Shown: one piece after another, positions 60,573-64,000 of the stretch
How the letters are laid out: each line of letters opens with the position of its first letter
How positions within the stretch are numbered: the stretch's first letter is position 1
Source of the DNA: a virus
Lineage: Duplodnaviria; Caudoviricetes
Virus record (IMG/VR): IMGVR_UViG_2061766007_000015
Span: 9,636-73,635 of that record
Strand: one strand, 5' to 3'
Length of the DNA: 64,000 nucleotides
Translations under genes and position numbers: made by a program
Notes under the pieces: model-generated
Told to the model about the DNA's origin: nothing
Databases searched by the model: none
What the model saw: the letters and a program-made list of their open reading frames with translations, nothing else

Positions 60573-61342
60573 CTTCTGCGTCTACCTCCCTTTGCTCGTT
60601 TCTTTTCTAATTCATTGGCAATTCTTGCCAAAGATGATTCCTTAATGCCGCTCTTGGAACGGTTCATCATATCCCTTATCTTCAAGGCACCACTCTTATC
60701 AGAAGGCGATGCATTAGGGTCATTAATGACTGAGTTGAGGGACGGTGAACTTGTTTTAACCTCTGTTGCGCTCTTAGTAGGTATGTTAGGGTCATAAGCC
60801 CTAATTATCATTTCAGAGCCATCTTTGGATAACTTAAACTGAAAGATAATATCTTTCTCTTCCTCAGAAGCAACAGCAATCCTGATATCATCTTTGCCTT
60901 GGTCTCTGAAATCCGCCTCACGTGGAGCCTTGTCAGTAAGTTTTCTGGCATTGCCTATGCCATAAACTGAGGTTGACTGCGAGGTTCTGTGTTTCCTATT
61001 AGCAAGTGCTGTAGCGCCCATTTAATCCTCCGTTTCCTGCGAGAGTTTTATCTGCTCTCTGATATTGTTCCACATCTCATTGTCAGTTGGTAACTCTTGT
61101 CCATTTTCCACAAACCACATATCTCTCAAAAACAAAACCATTCTGATAAGTGATGTTGTCTTATAAATAGAAACAGTGTCATACTTGCCCTTGTCAGCAT
61201 TCCAGCAACCTCTGCTCAATTCGAATAAATTATGAGGCATGCCTTCCTTGCCCATAAACTGCTTCTTGGCATATAACAGATTATGTCCTTTCATATTAAG
61301 CGCCTGTATTAACTTCTTAACCGACTGATTATAATCCGCCAT
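60569..61342 (-). CDS. Two hypothetical genes upstream of terS (60569-61021, 61022-61342)
   Basis: ORF track, RBS, promoter near 61370-61398. Confidence 0.55.
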
Positions 61343-61680
61343 AATTATTAGCCTCCGTTTCTACTAAAACTATAACATTAGATTTCGCTATTGTCAATCA
61401 AAAAGCCATTGGCGGCGAAATTCCTCCCTCCCACGCTCCCCAATTTCCCCAGGTTATTGGTATCCGGTACCGGTATAAAATCGCAAGCGCACCCCTGGTT
61501 TATTGGAAACCTGACGGGACGTGTATCCAAGTGCTCAACTCGCTCTGCGCTCAAAAAAGCGTGTCAGTGCAACGAGTATACGTATGTGTGTTGTCGTGCG
61601 TGTCTATGAGTCTCTGTGCGTGTTATTTGAGTATGTTTTTGCGTTGTGCTGTGCGTGTAGAATTTTAAAATCGCACAAAA

Positions 61681-61709
61681 AAAAGAGCACTCTATTTGAG
61701 TGCTCTTTT
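61681..61709 (-). terminator. Intrinsic terminator of the island gene
   Basis: AAAAGAGCACTC-TATTT-GAGTGCTCTTTT; T tract on the minus strand. Confidence 0.85.
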
Positions 61710-61719
61710 GTGTTGCTGT

Positions 61720-62280
61720 TTACTGTGCTTTTGCTGTCTCTGTCTTTTGTGCTGTTGCTGTCTTGCTTGCTGTTGCTGTCTTTTGTGCTTTTGTCTCTGT
61801 CTCAAAAGCAACTACACAACGTTGTGCGTACTCAAGTGTGTTAAATAACTCTGTCAGTGTGTTGAAGTAAGAACGTATTACAAAAGACTGTTTGTAACTC
61901 TGTCTTGCAAAACACATTGACTTGTCACACTGTAAGTACTTCTCTATCTTATCAAAAGATTGTGTGAATTGAATTGCGCTAGCATCGTATATCTTGCATA
62001 TTGTGTGTTGCTTGCTGTCAAGTAGTGTTAACGTACACGCTTGACTTTCAGATATTTCATAATGAAAGTCATTGCTGATTAAGTGCTTATCAAGTGTTGC
62101 AAGTGCTGACTCTTCACAGAGACTTAAATCAGTGAAAAACTTCTTAAGTGCTGTGCGCTCTTCTTTTGTCGCTGTGCTTTTTCTCAGTGCTCTAACTTCT
62201 TTTGCGCTGTAAATCGTTGTGTTAACTTCTTTGATTGCTTTTACAGTGTTGTTAGTGTTGTTAGTTTTAGTAGTTTTCAT
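61720..62280 (-). CDS. Putative immediate-early protein lacking Gly, Pro and Trp
   Basis: 186-aa ORF with its own promoter, RBS region and terminator. Confidence 0.75.
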   Translation of the reverse strand: MKTTKTNNTNNTVKAIKEVNTTIYSAKEVRALRKSTATKEERTALKKFFTDLSLCEESALATLDKHLISNDFHYEISESQACTLTLLDSKQHTICKIYDASAIQFTQSFDKIEKYLQCDKSMCFARQSYKQSFVIRSYFNTLTELFNTLEYAQRCVVAFETETKAQKTATASKTATAQKTETAKAQ

Positions 62281-62349
62281 TCTACGCCCACTTTCTCGTG
62301 CTTTAGCACGTTAAACTATGAAATTTCGCACACTATTGTGCTTGAGATA

Positions 62350-62410
62350 ATAATAAACGATATACTACGTAAATGCAAGCACTTTTTGAAAAAAAAATTA
62401 TTTTTTTTGC
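62350..62410 (-). promoter_or_regulatory. Sigma-A-type promoter with A/T-tract UP element
   Basis: TTGCAT (62378-62373)-N17-TATTAT (62355-62350), preceded by A and T runs. Confidence 0.7.
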
Positions 62411-62788
62411 TTATAATAGTAGAAACACTTTTAAAAATCACTTTTTAAAAGTGCTGTAAACGTTGATTTTATGCGCTTTTGCGCTCTTTTTTCGTGCTGT
62501 TTTTTGTTGCGTTCTTTCTATATTAATGCGATTTTTCATTAAGCACTTTAGTGTGCGAAAGCGCAGATTGTGAGAGTGGGGTACCCGCCAGAGAGCACCC
62601 ACCAGCACAATAAAATAGTCCTCTCTCCGGAGAGTAGTCCTGAGCCGGGGCTGTAATATACACCTTAACCCCGCCTCACCGGTGCGTGGTGCCAACCGCT
62701 AGCGGAAAAGAAAAATAACCCAGCGGGACCTAATAATAGGCTCACTGGGTAGTTGGCTTATATATAACGTCGGTAAAGGTGATGTAGT

Positions 62789-63010
62789 CTATCGTACATC
62801 TACCCATACTTCTATACTATAGTCTGTCTCTGTTACTGTATAGTCCTTTGCCTTAATCTTCTCTACTACTTCGGCATCTTCACACTCATCGATATTGAAC
62901 TGTAAGAACTCATCAAGGGAATTGAACTCGTAGAACTCATCGCTGAAATCTACGGCATAAATAGAATTGTTTCTTACTGCTAATACATAGGGCTTGTTAC
63001 TCATATTCAT
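62789..63010 (-). CDS. Small acidic early protein
   Basis: ORF with RBS and upstream promoter-like module. Confidence 0.55.
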   Translation of the reverse strand: MNMSNKPYVLAVRNNSIYAVDFSDEFYEFNSLDEFLQFNIDECEDAEVVEKIKAKDYTVTETDYSIEVWVDVR

Positions 63011-63202
63011 TTTCCTCTCTGCTTTTTAGAAGTGTGCTCTTCTATGATTTTATTGTAACATCCTGAGGTTTACTTATACTACAGGACTTTGCGTGTATCA
63101 CACTCTTTTCGTGCTCGCCCGCTGATTTCCTTGAGGTACCCGCCAGCGGTGCTAGTATGATGGTGGGTACCTGTCCTATAATAAGAGGGTGCTTGCGCAC
63201 TC

Positions 63203-63535
63203 TCAATCAATATCATCTACATATATGGCCTTCTTAATGTGCTCTTTAATCTCGTTGTACATGTTTCCTAATACCCACTCGATAGCATCTTCTTCGCTGT
63301 GCTCGTCAGTCGCATCGTACCACACGTTGGTCTTAAAGTGAATATCATCGATTCTGACACGATAGCGAACCATACGTTTTTCAGGCTCTTCTTCCTCTGC
63401 GTACATCTCGTCACGCTCATACTGTTCGGCTTTGTCTACTGTCTGCCAAAACTCATACTCAGGGTCTCTAGGCTCGCACATATCAACTCCATCCATACCT
63501 TCGGGAAATCTTTCTGTTAAATCAGGAATACGCAT
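63203..63535 (-). CDS. Acidic early protein
   Basis: ORF with AGAAAGG RBS and upstream promoter-like module. Confidence 0.55.
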   Translation of the reverse strand: MRIPDLTERFPEGMDGVDMCEPRDPEYEFWQTVDKAEQYERDEMYAEEEEPEKRMVRYRVRIDDIHFKTNVWYDATDEHSEEDAIEWVLGNMYNEIKEHIKKAIYVDDID

Positions 63536-64000
63536 AATATAACCTTTCTCGTTTTTAGAAGTGTCGTTCTTCTCTATGCTTATAGTCTACAGCCTATGGA
63601 TACTGAATAATATTGGCATTTTATAGGTCCCCTTTTCTCGCACCGGGCGGGTACCAACCTGGTGCTATATACAAAAGAGAGCCGTTAGACTCTCTACTGC
63701 ACTTTAATGTAAGTAATACATGCGCCCTCATCGGCAAGCATCTTTTCGATACAGGACTGGGCACACTGTGCTGATTTTGCAGAAACTTCAAATAATTCCT
63801 GCTGGGTGTCATCGTTAATGTCTTGATACAATACGGTTACTACATAGTCTTTCATAGGTTCGCTTTCTGTGGTCTGTTAGAGTGTCACTTAACTCTATAG
63901 TATAAGTATACTATCCCTATACAATCTAAGACTATTGGTCTTTCTCTTCTCCTCCCCGGCTGGTACCCACCGTGTTTCTTCTTATATATAATATGGCGGG

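Larger units (their letters stand above)
61529..62577. other. GG/CC dinucleotide-free island
   Basis: Read line by line: the only CC or GG in 1049 bp is one CCC at 62287-62289. Confidence 0.95.
62580..64000. repeat. Dispersed GGTACCC(G/A)CC repeats
   Basis: 62580(+), 63135(+), 63162(-), 63646(-), 63962(+), partial (-) at the window end. Confidence 0.85.

Noticed and set aside
62438-62695. 85-aa minus-strand ORF crossing the island edge (also 63621-63812)
   Set aside because: No RBS; composed of repeat motifs and A/T tracts; more plausibly non-coding regulatory DNA.
1300-63520. The many plus-strand ORFs in the track
   Set aside because: They lie antisense to well-supported minus-strand genes, lack RBSs and recognisable motifs, and read as shadow frames.
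1-64000. Stop-codon reassignment
   Set aside because: Core genes are full length under the standard code and no suppressor tRNA is seen.

Overview
The window is 64 kb of a tailed dsDNA bacteriophage genome (siphovirus-like; probably a Firmicutes/Clostridia host, inferred from gene content and sigma-A-type promoters). Essentially all real genes are on the minus strand. In transcription order (right to left): an early region with GC-rich repeats (64000-62580); a ~1 kb island almost free of GG/CC dinucleotides carrying one Gly/Pro/Trp-free gene; terminase, portal, scaffold, capsid, head-tail and tail genes; a phosphoesterase-Ig protein; lysis genes; an uncharacterised 7-gene post-lysis module; SNF2 helicase; HNH endonuclease; initiator/DnaC/DnaB; small ORFs; primase, SSB and family A DNA polymerase; a two-glycosyltransferase cluster; beta clamp; exonuclease, RecU, SleB-like hydrolase and RecA; a cluster of one canonical and four aberrant tRNA-like genes; more small ORFs; and a gamma/delta'/delta clamp loader. 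No integrase, repressor or CRISPR array is visible. The strongest leads are the GG/CC-free island, the replisome-embedded glycosyltransferase pair, the expanded tRNA-like RNAs and a kissing-loop attenuator upstream of the initiator. Protein family calls come from motif recognition by eye; no database search was run.
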